Source: a virus
Lineage: Duplodnaviria > Caudoviricetes
IMG/VR virus record: IMGVR_UViG_3300033273_000282
Location: 32,001 to 96,000 of that record
Length of the DNA stretch: 64,000 nucleotides
Strand: one strand, 5' to 3'
How positions within the stretch are numbered: the first letter of the stretch is position 1; each line of letters starts with the position of its first letter. The translations under genes and the position numbers were made by a program. Below the pieces are notes generated by a model, which did no database searches, was not told where the DNA came from, and worked only from the letters and a program-made list of their open reading frames with translations. This document shows positions 36,423 through 45,502 of the stretch, one piece after another.

Positions 36423-37636
36423 TAGAAGACTCCTGACTTCATGTCGCTCTGAGTCAGAGCAGTGATTTCATTGAATGACAAGGTAATTGTTTGAAGTGGA
36501 AGAGCACCAGTGTAAGTGGTTTGGAACGAGTTGGAAGGTGATGTATTTACTGTAACTCTAGTCAAAGCACAAGTCTTGGATCTTGGCATTTGTGGGTGAT
36601 CTTCAATGTTAGCCGTTACCTGTGAACCGACTCTATCTGTTACATTGACAAATTTTGGTTTTAACTCAAAGACATCGGGGAATCCTAGTACACCACCAAC
36701 TCCTTGAGGTGAACTATAAGGATGCATTCCGACTTTTAGGAACTGAACGATAGCGTCAATATCTCTTGCTTCGTCAGCATTTCTAGCAAACAGTTCAAAC
36801 GAAAGATCAAAGGTTCTCATCTCCATCTTGGAGAAGAACATGATTGCGTTTTCGTTAGGAGCCAGACCACCTAGACCCAAGAGGTTTGTTGGTGTCAGTT
36901 CGCTATTGACTCCCAGTGGATTAAATGCTCCTTTACCAGCAGCACCTGCCGCACTTCCAACACTCAAAGGAATACCAGCACCTTGACTCAATGCTTCGGA
37001 GAATGTACCTTCCAACCCACTTAAGAGTTGACCAGCAACGTTACCAGCAAGACTTAATGTACCAGTTGCCAATGCTTGACCACCAAAGGAAAAAGGGTTC
37101 TCTAGGATACGAGCCATCGTACCCAATTTGAACTCATTGGACCATGCTGCGCCATATGAGTATTGAAACTCATTTGGCATTGGTAAGATTACAGAGTTTC
37201 TCTGACTACCACCATATTTACTTCCAGCAGCCTTGATTGCTTTTAATTGATCGGCATTTTCAATTACTTGACCATTCTGAAGAGTGATTGGGAAGTTTAC
37301 ATTACTGTAATCATTATTTGGAGTGCCGTTTTGTTTTCTAGTTGTTTGGATTCTAGTTCTTTTGGTTGCCTTAGCAACGGCTTCATTCAATTTACTTTCA
37401 TCATATGAGTCATTGAACAGAAACAATCCAGCGCCACGAATAGTATTTACTGCTGCTTCTCCAATACCAGATCTGGTAAGAGCAGAAAACACATCATTTC
37501 TATCGCTGTCATTCTTAGCGCGTTCTAGACCTGCTTTATAACTGTACTTCGTGATCTCCATACACGAAGCAAAGGGAACCGTATTGATTCCCTTTGGATA
37601 AATCAGGGTGTTTCCCGCTAGATTACCTGGAGCCAT
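36422..37636 (-). CDS. g48: Baseplate tail-tube cap gp48
   Basis: 'VILPMP', 'NENAIMFFSKMEMRTF..SFELFARNADEA' and 'CALTRVTVN..P'; position next to gp53. Confidence 0.8.
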   Translation of the reverse strand: MAPGNLAGNTLIYPKGINTVPFASCMEITKYSYKAGLERAKNDSDRNDVFSALTRSGIGEAAVNTIRGAGLFLFNDSYDESKLNEAVAKATKRTRIQTTRKQNGTPNNDYSNVNFPITLQNGQVIENADQLKAIKAAGSKYGGSQRNSVILPMPNEFQYSYGAAWSNEFKLGTMARILENPFSFGGQALATGTLSLAGNVAGQLLSGLEGTFSEALSQGAGIPLSVGSAAGAAGKGAFNPLGVNSELTPTNLLGLGGLAPNENAIMFFSKMEMRTFDLSFELFARNADEARDIDAIVQFLKVGMHPYSSPQGVGGVLGFPDVFELKPKFVNVTDRVGSQVTANIEDHPQMPRSKTCALTRVTVNTSPSNSFQTTYTGALPLQTITLSFNEITALTQSDMKSGVF

Positions 37637-38138
37637 TTGTTACTCGGTTTCTGTTGTGGAACTTTTCTAAGGGTAGTTGACTTAGAAGTTGTGCGTCGGA
37701 TTCGGTGACCTCAAAGAAAAGATTGTCAGCTCTTTTGGGGATGTAATAATGTAAAGTAGGTGTAGGCATCCTATTATTATTTAGAGCAGATAATCTCTCC
37801 TTGGGACTAATATAATGTAAATTAGCCCCTAAATACTGACCACCCTTCTTTTCTAGTAACTGAATCAGAGGGTATTGGTCCCATCGAGACAGTATATCTC
37901 TGAATTTTGGGTCATACTCGAAGAAGTAGAACTTGCCTTCTTCTGGATTATCTGTTACACTATCAAAAAGAACATCCATAACTCTGGATCTCAAATCAGA
38001 GTTACTGATGCCCTTTCCTCTTAAATCTTTCAGCAAGTCTTCAAATTTTGAGATCTGCTTCGGTGATGATTTTGAATTCCCAAAGCCTGTCCCTGCAGTA
38101 TTCTCTCGCTGCTTCCCATTTCGCTTGATTTTTGGCAT
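37623..38138 (-). CDS. g2: DNA end protector protein gp2-like
   Basis: 'YFFEYDPK....L..WDQYPLI.......LGANLHY'; start uncertain. Confidence 0.7.
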   Translation of the reverse strand: MPKIKRNGKQRENTAGTGFGNSKSSPKQISKFEDLLKDLRGKGISNSDLRSRVMDVLFDSVTDNPEEGKFYFFEYDPKFRDILSRWDQYPLIQLLEKKGGQYLGANLHYISPKERLSALNNNRMPTPTLHYYIPKRADNLFFEVTESDAQLLSQLPLEKFHNRNRVTNGSR

Positions 38139-38478
38139 AAGTCGCAACCTCCGTTATGTAACGCTTGGTCTTGCGTTGCTGAGGTTTGGGACCCTCGACT
38201 TGTGCCTTAGGCTTTACCTCAACAAGATAGGACTGTGTACTTCCATTCGTGTTCTTTACTTTCATGTAAAAGTCGGGAAAATAGAGATGATACTTACCAT
38301 CAGTGGGGCATTTGTATGGTATAGTAATCTCTTCAGATGACCACTCGATCACATTAGCATTATTATCACAGTAGTACATAAACTTGCGCTCCCAGAGGGA
38401 ACGGTATATGATATTAGTGGGATCGCCTTTGTACTTCCTGTAATTTGAAGGACGGTATTTTCCCTTATATGACGGCAT
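38041..38478 (-). CDS. g4: Head completion nuclease gp4
   Basis: 'YKGKYRPSNYRKYKGDPTNIIYRSLWERKFM.YCD', 'WSSEE..IPY', 'YFPDF' and 'EVKP'. True start is ATG at 38478. Confidence 0.93.
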   Translation of the reverse strand: MPSYKGKYRPSNYRKYKGDPTNIIYRSLWERKFMYYCDNNANVIEWSSEEITIPYKCPTDGKYHLYFPDFYMKVKNTNGSTQSYLVEVKPKAQVEGPKPQQRKTKRYITEVATYAKNQAKWEAAREYCRDRLWEFKIITEADLKI

Positions 38479-38512
38479 AAATAAATATGGTTCACCCCAT
38501 AGGGTATTTATG
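38476..38512. promoter_or_regulatory. Opposed, overlapping late promoters between gp4 and the gp54-like gene
   Basis: CATAAATA (38476-83, +) and TATTTATG (38505-12, i.e. CATAAATA on -) form an inverted pair. Confidence 0.7.
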
Positions 38513-39226
38513 GCTCCCCTTAAGACCGTATCCCAATTTATCTCAACAATTATTGGTGATGGCGGTCCTTCATCGTCCACTCATTATGACATTTACTTTG
38601 GGTTAAATTTACAACTTTCTCAGTATCTGAGAAAGCACTGTCAGATAGATTCTGCTCAGGGAACTGGTCCCAACAGTCTTGACAAAGTGACGATGCTTGC
38701 CAATGAGGTCCAGATTCCTGGCGTCTCTATGACAAGTCAAGACGTTAGGAGCGTCAATAAGGGTATTAACATGAAGCCAGCGATGGCGAAAGTATATAAT
38801 GAGATGGATATGTCATTCATCCTTGACGTTGACTCCATGCCATATAGATTCTGGAGAGGGTGGCAGGATTATATCCTTGGAGGATATGATTTCAAAGCAT
38901 ATGGTGGCAGTGATGCCTTTGACAACTCCAATACAAATACCGTGAGAAAGGCTTTCGCTACTCAATGGTATGATGACTACACTTGTGACATTTACGTTCA
39001 CAAGTATGAGAAAGAAATTGGTGCGTTAGGTAAACAAGGAAATAGAGGACTGTTAGTTCCAGACGCTAACAGAATCTATGAACCATTCCGAATCAAACTT
39101 GTCAACGCATATCCATATATGCTATCATCTATTCCATATAGTTCAGCCGCTTCTCAAGCCGTAAAACTTAGTGTTGGCGTTTACTACGAGTACGCTCAAT
39201 TCATTGATGTAAGACAGTTTATCTAA
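38510..39226 (+). CDS. Tail-tube-fold baseplate protein (gp54-like tube initiator)
   Basis: 'V.IPG.S', 'P....Y..M..SF.LD.......F...WQ.YI' and 'L.NAYP...S.I.Y' are tube-protein-like; position before gp26. Confidence 0.6.
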   Translation: MAPLKTVSQFISTIIGDGGPSSSTHYDIYFGLNLQLSQYLRKHCQIDSAQGTGPNSLDKVTMLANEVQIPGVSMTSQDVRSVNKGINMKPAMAKVYNEMDMSFILDVDSMPYRFWRGWQDYILGGYDFKAYGGSDAFDNSNTNTVRKAFATQWYDDYTCDIYVHKYEKEIGALGKQGNRGLLVPDANRIYEPFRIKLVNAYPYMLSSIPYSSAASQAVKLSVGVYYEYAQFIDVRQFI

Positions 39227-39924
39227 TGCCTTTACCTAAAATTACTACTCCAGTCTATGAACTGGAGGTGCCTTCGTCAAAAAAGAAATTTAAGTATCGT
39301 CCCTTCCTAGTGAAGGAGCAAAAGGTTCTCATCATTGCCATGGAATCTGGCGATGAGAAGCAGATCGTAGAAGCAATCAAGACCATCTTCAAGAACTGTA
39401 TCCAGACGCGATTCAGGATGGAGGACTTGGCTATCTTTGATGTGGAGTATATTTTCCTCCAACTTCGCGGGCGCTCTGTGATGGAAATCATCGAACTGGA
39501 GATTCCATGTGATGATGACGAGAATACTAAGGTTCCTGTCACTATTCCAGTGGATGCTGTCAAGGTTCACTTCCCTGAAGGTCATGAAAGAATTCTCAAG
39601 TTGACTGATAGTATTATTGTTGAGATGAAGTATCCCAACCTGGAATACTTCGCTAAGGTCAACTTTGGTGATGAAGAACCAGATCCCTATGATCTTGTCG
39701 CTGAGTGTGTTGACAAGGTATATAATGATGGTGAGGATTGTGGTTCGTTCACTGTTGATGAGGTGAAGGAGTGGTTGGAGAGCCTTACGAACGATCAGTT
39801 TGAAAAGGTACAGGACTTCTTTAATACTATGCCTGTTCTTAAGCATGAGATCACTGTAACCAATCCAAACACAGGAGTTAAGACTACTTCTGTTCTGGAA
39901 GGTCTGGTTAATTTTTTCGGATAG
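39226..39924 (+). CDS. g26: Baseplate hub assembly protein gp26
   Basis: 'MPLPKI.TPVYELEVPS..K..KYRPFLVKEQK.L', 'FD.EYIFLQLRGRS' and 'LEGL.NFF'. Confidence 0.92.
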   Translation: MPLPKITTPVYELEVPSSKKKFKYRPFLVKEQKVLIIAMESGDEKQIVEAIKTIFKNCIQTRFRMEDLAIFDVEYIFLQLRGRSVMEIIELEIPCDDDENTKVPVTIPVDAVKVHFPEGHERILKLTDSIIVEMKYPNLEYFAKVNFGDEEPDPYDLVAECVDKVYNDGEDCGSFTVDEVKEWLESLTNDQFEKVQDFFNTMPVLKHEITVTNPNTGVKTTSVLEGLVNFFG

Positions 39925-40112
39925 CCCTCTTTCATGAGGGCATTGAGAGGTTTTACAGTACCAACTTTGCTCTACTACAACACCATAAATATACATTAGC
40001 TGATATTGAAGGTATGATCCCGTGGGAACGGGATGTTTACGTTAACATGCTTGCTAAGTGGCTCAAGGAAGAAAGAGAACGCATAGAAGAACAAAGACGT
40101 AAACGTAAATGA
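39921..40112 (+). CDS. g51: Baseplate hub assembly catalyst gp51-like (no canonical start; not in ORF track)
   Basis: -1 frame: IALFHEGIERFYSTNFALLQHHKYTLADIEGMIPWERDVYVNML..., matching 'NF.L.QHHKY.L..IE.M.PWER..Y...L'. Confidence 0.8.
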   Translation: MALFHEGIERFYSTNFALLQHHKYTLADIEGMIPWERDVYVNMLAKWLKEERERIEEQRRKRK

Positions 40113-42700
40113 ACAAAGCACGCTTATCTAGATTCTTTGGTGCCAAACTGACGAAGCCGTCGGTCGGGACACTGAAGGCTGCCGATAAGATGCTTCAGAC
40201 TGAGCATGAGTATCTGACATTCCTGAGGAATAGGAAGAAGTTCTTCTTCATGACTCAGATTCAGCAAACTCGTGTTCAGGTTGCGAAGAAGGGCAAATAT
40301 AAACAGGGCGATGCCCCCAGAGGGCGCGGTTTAGGATTACCACGCCTACCCCGTGTAAGGAGACCTAGAGGTAAGAAAGGTAGATGGGGAAGTAGGGGTA
40401 AGAATACCCGAGTCGGACGCTTCATGCGTAATGTCCGAGCCAAAGGACTTCGTATAGGTAGAGGACTTAAAAGAGGACCACTCGGTAGAGGTGTTAACTT
40501 CCTTAAGGGAAAGGGAACCCAGATTGGTCGTAATGCGAAAGCATTTGGTCTAAAAAGTGCCCGAAAAGCAGGGGGGATGCTTCCTAGGGGTGGTATAAAA
40601 CCACCATCAACGACTAAACTGCCTACACAAGCAGGTAAAGGGGTAAATCTTTTAAGTAAGGGTAGGGGAATGTTTGGCGCTGTAGCCAAATCTCCCTTAG
40701 GAAAAACTGTTGGTAGATTTCTACCTGGAGCAAACATTGCGATTGGTGGTGCTCTCACAGCATCTAGACTAGCATCGGGCGATTACGGCGGCGCTTTACT
40801 GGCTGCTGGTAGCATGATCCCTGGTCCACTCGGCTGGGCGTTCTTGGGTGCCGAGATGATCGGTCCAGTGTTGTCCAAGATTGGCAAAGCCAAGATGGAC
40901 AATGTAATTGCTACTGATAATACAAAACGCCAAGCAATTTCTGAAGCACCTAGTACAGCAGGATTGTCTGCTGGTGAACGTGAAGCTTTAGTTCAGGGTG
41001 CTCGTATTCGAGATGCTGGTGGTTCTGGTTCTCTCAATGGTCTGGGTGATCAGTTTAATAATCCACTAGGACTTTCTGCGGGTGGGGTTGTTAGTTCTCC
41101 CACTCGTGCCCTGGTCGGTGAAGGTGGTGAGCCTGAGATAGTCGTTCCCCAGTCTAAACTGGGCGAAATGTTCCAGAATCTCATCAAACAAGTTGGTGGG
41201 ATGTTGGGTGGTGTCACCCGTGGATTTGTAATGAGTCTGCCCACACCAGACAGTGCTCTGAGTGGAGTTAAATCTAGTCTTGCTAAGATTGGAAATAAGT
41301 TTGGTGGTCTTGGTGGATTCCCAGTCATCAAGATGTTCACTGGTGGTACAGTTCCTAACCTGATGGTTGACATCGGGAACAAAATTAAGGGTCTTGTCGG
41401 TGGAGCAATCAACACTGTTCTTGGTGGACCTGCCTATGCTGGCGGCATGGGTATAAGCCCACAGGGATACCCCACTGCTAGCAGTGCTCCCATTCCTGTT
41501 GGTGGTCTCACCCCTGGAAAGTGGGGTCCTCTGCTGGACCTGATTGCTGGCAAGGAGTCGGGTGGTAACTATGAGGCGATGTATCCCTCAACCACACTGC
41601 CTGGCGCTACAAAAATGACTATCGCTGAGGTAGCGAGAGTTGCTACTGGTGCGGTTGGTAAGTATCAACAACTCCCCAGGTTCTTGGTTGCTAGAGCCAA
41701 GGCAGCAGGTCTCAATCCTGATAAAGATCTGTACAGTCCAAAGAATCAGGATCTTATCGTAACTAAGGTCAATATCGGACAGAACCGTAGAGGTGATAAA
41801 TGGCTTCGTGGTGAGATTTCTGACGAAGCATTTATGGATGGACTCGCATATGAGTTCGCTTCGTTGCCTGATGCCTACGGTAGATTTAAGTATCCTAATC
41901 AAAGCAGTGCCATGACTCCTGGTAAGATCAGGCAGGCACTTCAAAAAGTGAAGGGTGGCGGTTACTCTCAGAAAGAGATGGAGTCGTCTGGTAACGCCCA
42001 TACTAATATGGAAGCGTCAACTTCAAGTGCTGGTCAGAATGTTGCTGGTAGTGGTAAAACTGGAAGTGGTAAGGTATCTGGATTCCCAATTACCAGTTAT
42101 TATGGTCCACGTTGGGGGAGACTCCATGGTGGTGTGGACGTTGGAACTCCTGTAGGAACAGCGCTGTCACTTGCTGAGGATGGTGAAATTGTTGCTGCTG
42201 GTAAGTTTGGTGGATATGGTTATATGATTGACGCCTGGCTACCAGGATCAAAAGTACAAATCCGTTTGGCACACTTGTCTCAGTTTGCTAAGAGAAGTGG
42301 TAAGTTCAAAGCAAGAGAACTTCTGGGTAAGACGGGTGGTGCTAAAGGTCATCCTGGTGCTGGTAGTTCTACTGGTCCACACCTTCACTTTGAAGCAGAT
42401 ACATCTAAGGGTTCTACAAGGTATGGTGGTTCTGGCAACCCACTTCCATACGCAAGTAAGATTGTGCTTGGAAGTGCTCAACCAGCAAACAAAAAAGGTG
42501 AAGAGGGTAAGGGTGGTACTGGAGCACCATTGGCACCAAATAGAAAGCCCACTAGTGGAGCACCACAAGTTGTTATGGTTCCAATGCCAGTCGCACAACC
42601 AGTACCTGTACAAGTAAGGGTTCCTGTACCAGCTGGTGCTAAAAAACAGCCTAAATTATATGGTATAGACCCATTCTCAGGTCGATACGGAGCTATCTAA
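40109..42700 (+). CDS. Tape-measure-like tail protein with lysozyme-like and M23 peptidase domains
   Basis: Lysozyme-like 'LLDLIAGKESGGNY...AVGKYQ'; M23 'HGGVD.G...Y.HLS...G.STGPHLHFE'; 'GEGGEPEIVVP' tape-measure-associated motif. Confidence 0.75.
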   Translation: MNKARLSRFFGAKLTKPSVGTLKAADKMLQTEHEYLTFLRNRKKFFFMTQIQQTRVQVAKKGKYKQGDAPRGRGLGLPRLPRVRRPRGKKGRWGSRGKNTRVGRFMRNVRAKGLRIGRGLKRGPLGRGVNFLKGKGTQIGRNAKAFGLKSARKAGGMLPRGGIKPPSTTKLPTQAGKGVNLLSKGRGMFGAVAKSPLGKTVGRFLPGANIAIGGALTASRLASGDYGGALLAAGSMIPGPLGWAFLGAEMIGPVLSKIGKAKMDNVIATDNTKRQAISEAPSTAGLSAGEREALVQGARIRDAGGSGSLNGLGDQFNNPLGLSAGGVVSSPTRALVGEGGEPEIVVPQSKLGEMFQNLIKQVGGMLGGVTRGFVMSLPTPDSALSGVKSSLAKIGNKFGGLGGFPVIKMFTGGTVPNLMVDIGNKIKGLVGGAINTVLGGPAYAGGMGISPQGYPTASSAPIPVGGLTPGKWGPLLDLIAGKESGGNYEAMYPSTTLPGATKMTIAEVARVATGAVGKYQQLPRFLVARAKAAGLNPDKDLYSPKNQDLIVTKVNIGQNRRGDKWLRGEISDEAFMDGLAYEFASLPDAYGRFKYPNQSSAMTPGKIRQALQKVKGGGYSQKEMESSGNAHTNMEASTSSAGQNVAGSGKTGSGKVSGFPITSYYGPRWGRLHGGVDVGTPVGTALSLAEDGEIVAAGKFGGYGYMIDAWLPGSKVQIRLAHLSQFAKRSGKFKARELLGKTGGAKGHPGAGSSTGPHLHFEADTSKGSTRYGGSGNPLPYASKIVLGSAQPANKKGEEGKGGTGAPLAPNRKPTSGAPQVVMVPMPVAQPVPVQVRVPVPAGAKKQPKLYGIDPFSGRYGAI

Positions 42701-42704
42701 CTAA

Positions 42705-44264
42705 ATGGCAGACAATAATTTTCCCAGTATAGAAACAGTACATGAGGTTCTACAGAGCCTCGAAAAACTGTTTGAGGATAGAAATAATATACTTAACCTC
42801 ATGTTCCGTGAGGATAAGTATAAAGAATTCCTCCTGGCAGAAAATATACAGTCTCTGGTTGAGGCTGACAAGCGTGATGATGCCACTAACAACAGGATCA
42901 AAGCCGATCTTGCTGATGGTTATGAAGTTCTGAAGGCAAGAACTTCCCTTAAGAAGTTTTCTAACTTTATTAGTCCTGCTTCTCTTCCACCTCTGGACCT
43001 GGAAGAACCTGTTGATGAGCAGGATCTCCCCACTCAGGTAGAATCTCAGGCAGCAGAAGAACCTGAGGTAAAAGAGGAAGAGAAGGAGGAAAGAGAACCT
43101 GCTAAGCCACAACCACCTAGCAGACCTGCCCCACCAGTAATACCACCACCAGGATTTAATCCTCCTGCTGCGTCTCAAACAACTCCAACTAAACTTGCCG
43201 AAGGTGGTGTTGTTCCAGCATCACCTATGATGAACTCCCTTACTGGGAGACCTAAAACTGATGCGACTGGAGTTACTCCTACTAAGAAGTCTTCTGTAAG
43301 ATCTCTTGAGAAGAGTGGTCTTGTAGGTGATAAGAATCCAGTTCAAAAACTTGTAGACGATCTTGGGCTTTCTAAGTATCAGAAGGCACTTGCTGAAGCA
43401 ATGGGACTGCCACTCAAGGCAGTTGCTGCTGGTCTTAGTGGACTCCTTGGTAGAATGGCTCTACCTGGAATCCCAGCGTTTGATTCTGTCCAGAAAAATC
43501 TGGGCAATATCATGCGTGTTTTTGGTTTGCCTACTATCAAGGCACCTGAGATCCCTGGTGTCAGCAATCTCTTTAATAGTGTAAGTAATTTCTTCAGCAA
43601 CATTGGTAATAATGTAAGGAACTTCTTTACTGGTGGTGGCAATACCCCAGATTTAAGTCCTCCTTCTGGTGGAGATGATACTGGCAGCGGTGATACTGGT
43701 AGTGGTGGTGGAGATAATAAGACAACAACATCATCGTCACCATCTACAAGAAGAAGAAAGCGTAGAAATCGTGCTAGTGCTGCTCCTACAGCTGCTGGTG
43801 GTCAGGGTGGACCAGAGATGGATCTGGAGAATCCAACAGCAGGATCCACTACTATCAACACCAGTTTCTCCAATCTTCAGAACTCTCTTTTGAATGTTGG
43901 TAAGAGTACACCACCTTCCACTAACTACAGCAGCAGTCTGGTTGGTTCCAACTTGGCTAACATCTTTAGTGCTAGTGAGGGTAGTGTTAATAACATGCAG
44001 GATATCAACTTCCTGACTAATCAGGTGTTGATGGAAAATGAGCAGATGTTGTACTCCAACACAGAGAATCATACGAGTGTACAGCAAAGCGTCATCGCAG
44101 CGGCTTCTAAGAAAGCGCAGGCAGTCGCAGCTGCTGGAATGAATAAAACCAAACCTATCTCTGATGCTAATGCTCTCGCACCCACTGAACTTCATGTAAG
44201 TCCATACTTACTTTCTGCTATTACTATTACTAGGGGCGGGGAGACTCCACTGGACGTTCTATGA
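42705..44264 (+). CDS. Low-complexity tail/tape-measure-associated structural protein
   Basis: 519 aa with Pro/Glu/Ser/Gly-rich segments; N-terminus resembles that of the preceding gene ('..FRE..Y..FL'). Confidence 0.55.
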   Translation: MADNNFPSIETVHEVLQSLEKLFEDRNNILNLMFREDKYKEFLLAENIQSLVEADKRDDATNNRIKADLADGYEVLKARTSLKKFSNFISPASLPPLDLEEPVDEQDLPTQVESQAAEEPEVKEEEKEEREPAKPQPPSRPAPPVIPPPGFNPPAASQTTPTKLAEGGVVPASPMMNSLTGRPKTDATGVTPTKKSSVRSLEKSGLVGDKNPVQKLVDDLGLSKYQKALAEAMGLPLKAVAAGLSGLLGRMALPGIPAFDSVQKNLGNIMRVFGLPTIKAPEIPGVSNLFNSVSNFFSNIGNNVRNFFTGGGNTPDLSPPSGGDDTGSGDTGSGGGDNKTTTSSSPSTRRRKRRNRASAAPTAAGGQGGPEMDLENPTAGSTTINTSFSNLQNSLLNVGKSTPPSTNYSSSLVGSNLANIFSASEGSVNNMQDINFLTNQVLMENEQMLYSNTENHTSVQQSVIAAASKKAQAVAAAGMNKTKPISDANALAPTELHVSPYLLSAITITRGGETPLDVL

Positions 44265-45502
44265 AACAGCAAAGTACCGTCAATTTTTCATTACAGGAGT
44301 TTGAGATTACGGTTTCGGGTCAACCATTTAACCTTACCCCGAATCATCTCTTAGAACTTCACTACATTGAAGATATTACTAAGACTAACAATGTCATGAT
44401 CGTCAAGATCAATGACACTGAGAGTGGATTGGTGTCTGAGATATTTGGTCTTGAGCCTATTAGAATTAGGTTCGTTGATCATGAGGGCAATGCTATCGTC
44501 GCTGACATGGTTGTCTATGAAGTCAGAGACAGGATGATCGTTAGTGGTAAGAAAATGCAGGCGACTCTCTATTGTGTGAGTAGAGATGCTGTCAACAATG
44601 CTGCTGCTAAGATATCCCAGAGATTTGGTAAAGGTGATGGTGAGAAAATCTCCACTATCACTAACAATCTCATCAAAAAAATTCTTGGGTCGAAAAAACC
44701 ACTGGAAGTTGATACGACTGCCACTAAGATCTCTTTTGTAAGTCCATACTGGGATCCATTTACTATCATTCAGTGGATGGCGTGGAGAGCCATTCCTGAG
44801 AAGGGTAGTGGATCAAACGTCAGTGCTGGATACCTGTTCTATGAGACACCAGAGAAGTATTACTTCAAGTCCATGGATGAACTGGTCAAAGGTGAAGTCA
44901 CTAAGACTGTTAGGGTGAACTTTCAGTCGGAGGAAGAAGATACTGATAATCTATTCATTGACATTGAGTCACTCTCCATGCCTGGTACCAGTGATGTGTT
45001 CCGTGGATTTAACTTGGGATCGTATAGTAGTGTCATGATGACACTGGATATTAAAGACTTTACCTATACTGAATTACCTTTTAATGTGAATGAATATTAT
45101 TCACAGATGGAAAAATTAAATCCAGAAATGGAACTTCCTGAGTTTTACAGTATTTTTGGGGAAACCAGTCAAAATAGCCAACCCACAAGAATCATGAGTT
45201 CGGTTATTGACCTCGCCATGTACACCGAGGGAACCTACACCGAAGACTTGACAAAGCAACTTTCTCAGTCTATGCTGAGGAATCAGTTCTTCTTTAATCA
45301 ATCTTGTACCTTTGAGTATGAGGGTACAAACGATCTAAGAATCGGTGACGTTGTAGCAGTTGAGACTTACAAAGGTAAGGCACTCGACAAAGATGAGAGT
45401 CAAAGTGGTAAATATATAGTAGGTAAAATTTACCGTCAATTCCTCACCGACAGAGACATGATGTCTACAAGGGTGACACTCTATAGGGACAGTTTGGGAT
45501 GA
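44261..45502 (+). CDS. Baseplate hub protein (gp27-like / phage late control D family)
   Basis: 'YIEDI', 'SPYWDPF.II.W.', 'GYLFYET...Y.FKS.D.L' and 'SGKYIV..I'; immediately upstream of gp5. Confidence 0.65.
   Translation: MKQQSTVNFSLQEFEITVSGQPFNLTPNHLLELHYIEDITKTNNVMIVKINDTESGLVSEIFGLEPIRIRFVDHEGNAIVADMVVYEVRDRMIVSGKKMQATLYCVSRDAVNNAAAKISQRFGKGDGEKISTITNNLIKKILGSKKPLEVDTTATKISFVSPYWDPFTIIQWMAWRAIPEKGSGSNVSAGYLFYETPEKYYFKSMDELVKGEVTKTVRVNFQSEEEDTDNLFIDIESLSMPGTSDVFRGFNLGSYSSVMMTLDIKDFTYTELPFNVNEYYSQMEKLNPEMELPEFYSIFGETSQNSQPTRIMSSVIDLAMYTEGTYTEDLTKQLSQSMLRNQFFFNQSCTFEYEGTNDLRIGDVVAVETYKGKALDKDESQSGKYIVGKIYRQFLTDRDMMSTRVTLYRDSLG

Noticed and set aside
38479-38580. N-terminal extension of gp4 in the ORF track
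   Set aside because: It overlaps the divergent gene's start and the late promoters; gp4 homology begins at MPSYKGKY (38478).
39307-39996. 229-aa antisense ORF opposite gp26
   Set aside because: Shadow ORF with no recognisable motifs, explained by codon bias on the coding strand. The same applies to the other antisense ORFs over fibres and core genes (e.g. 31025-31504, 34871-35386, 56730-57260).
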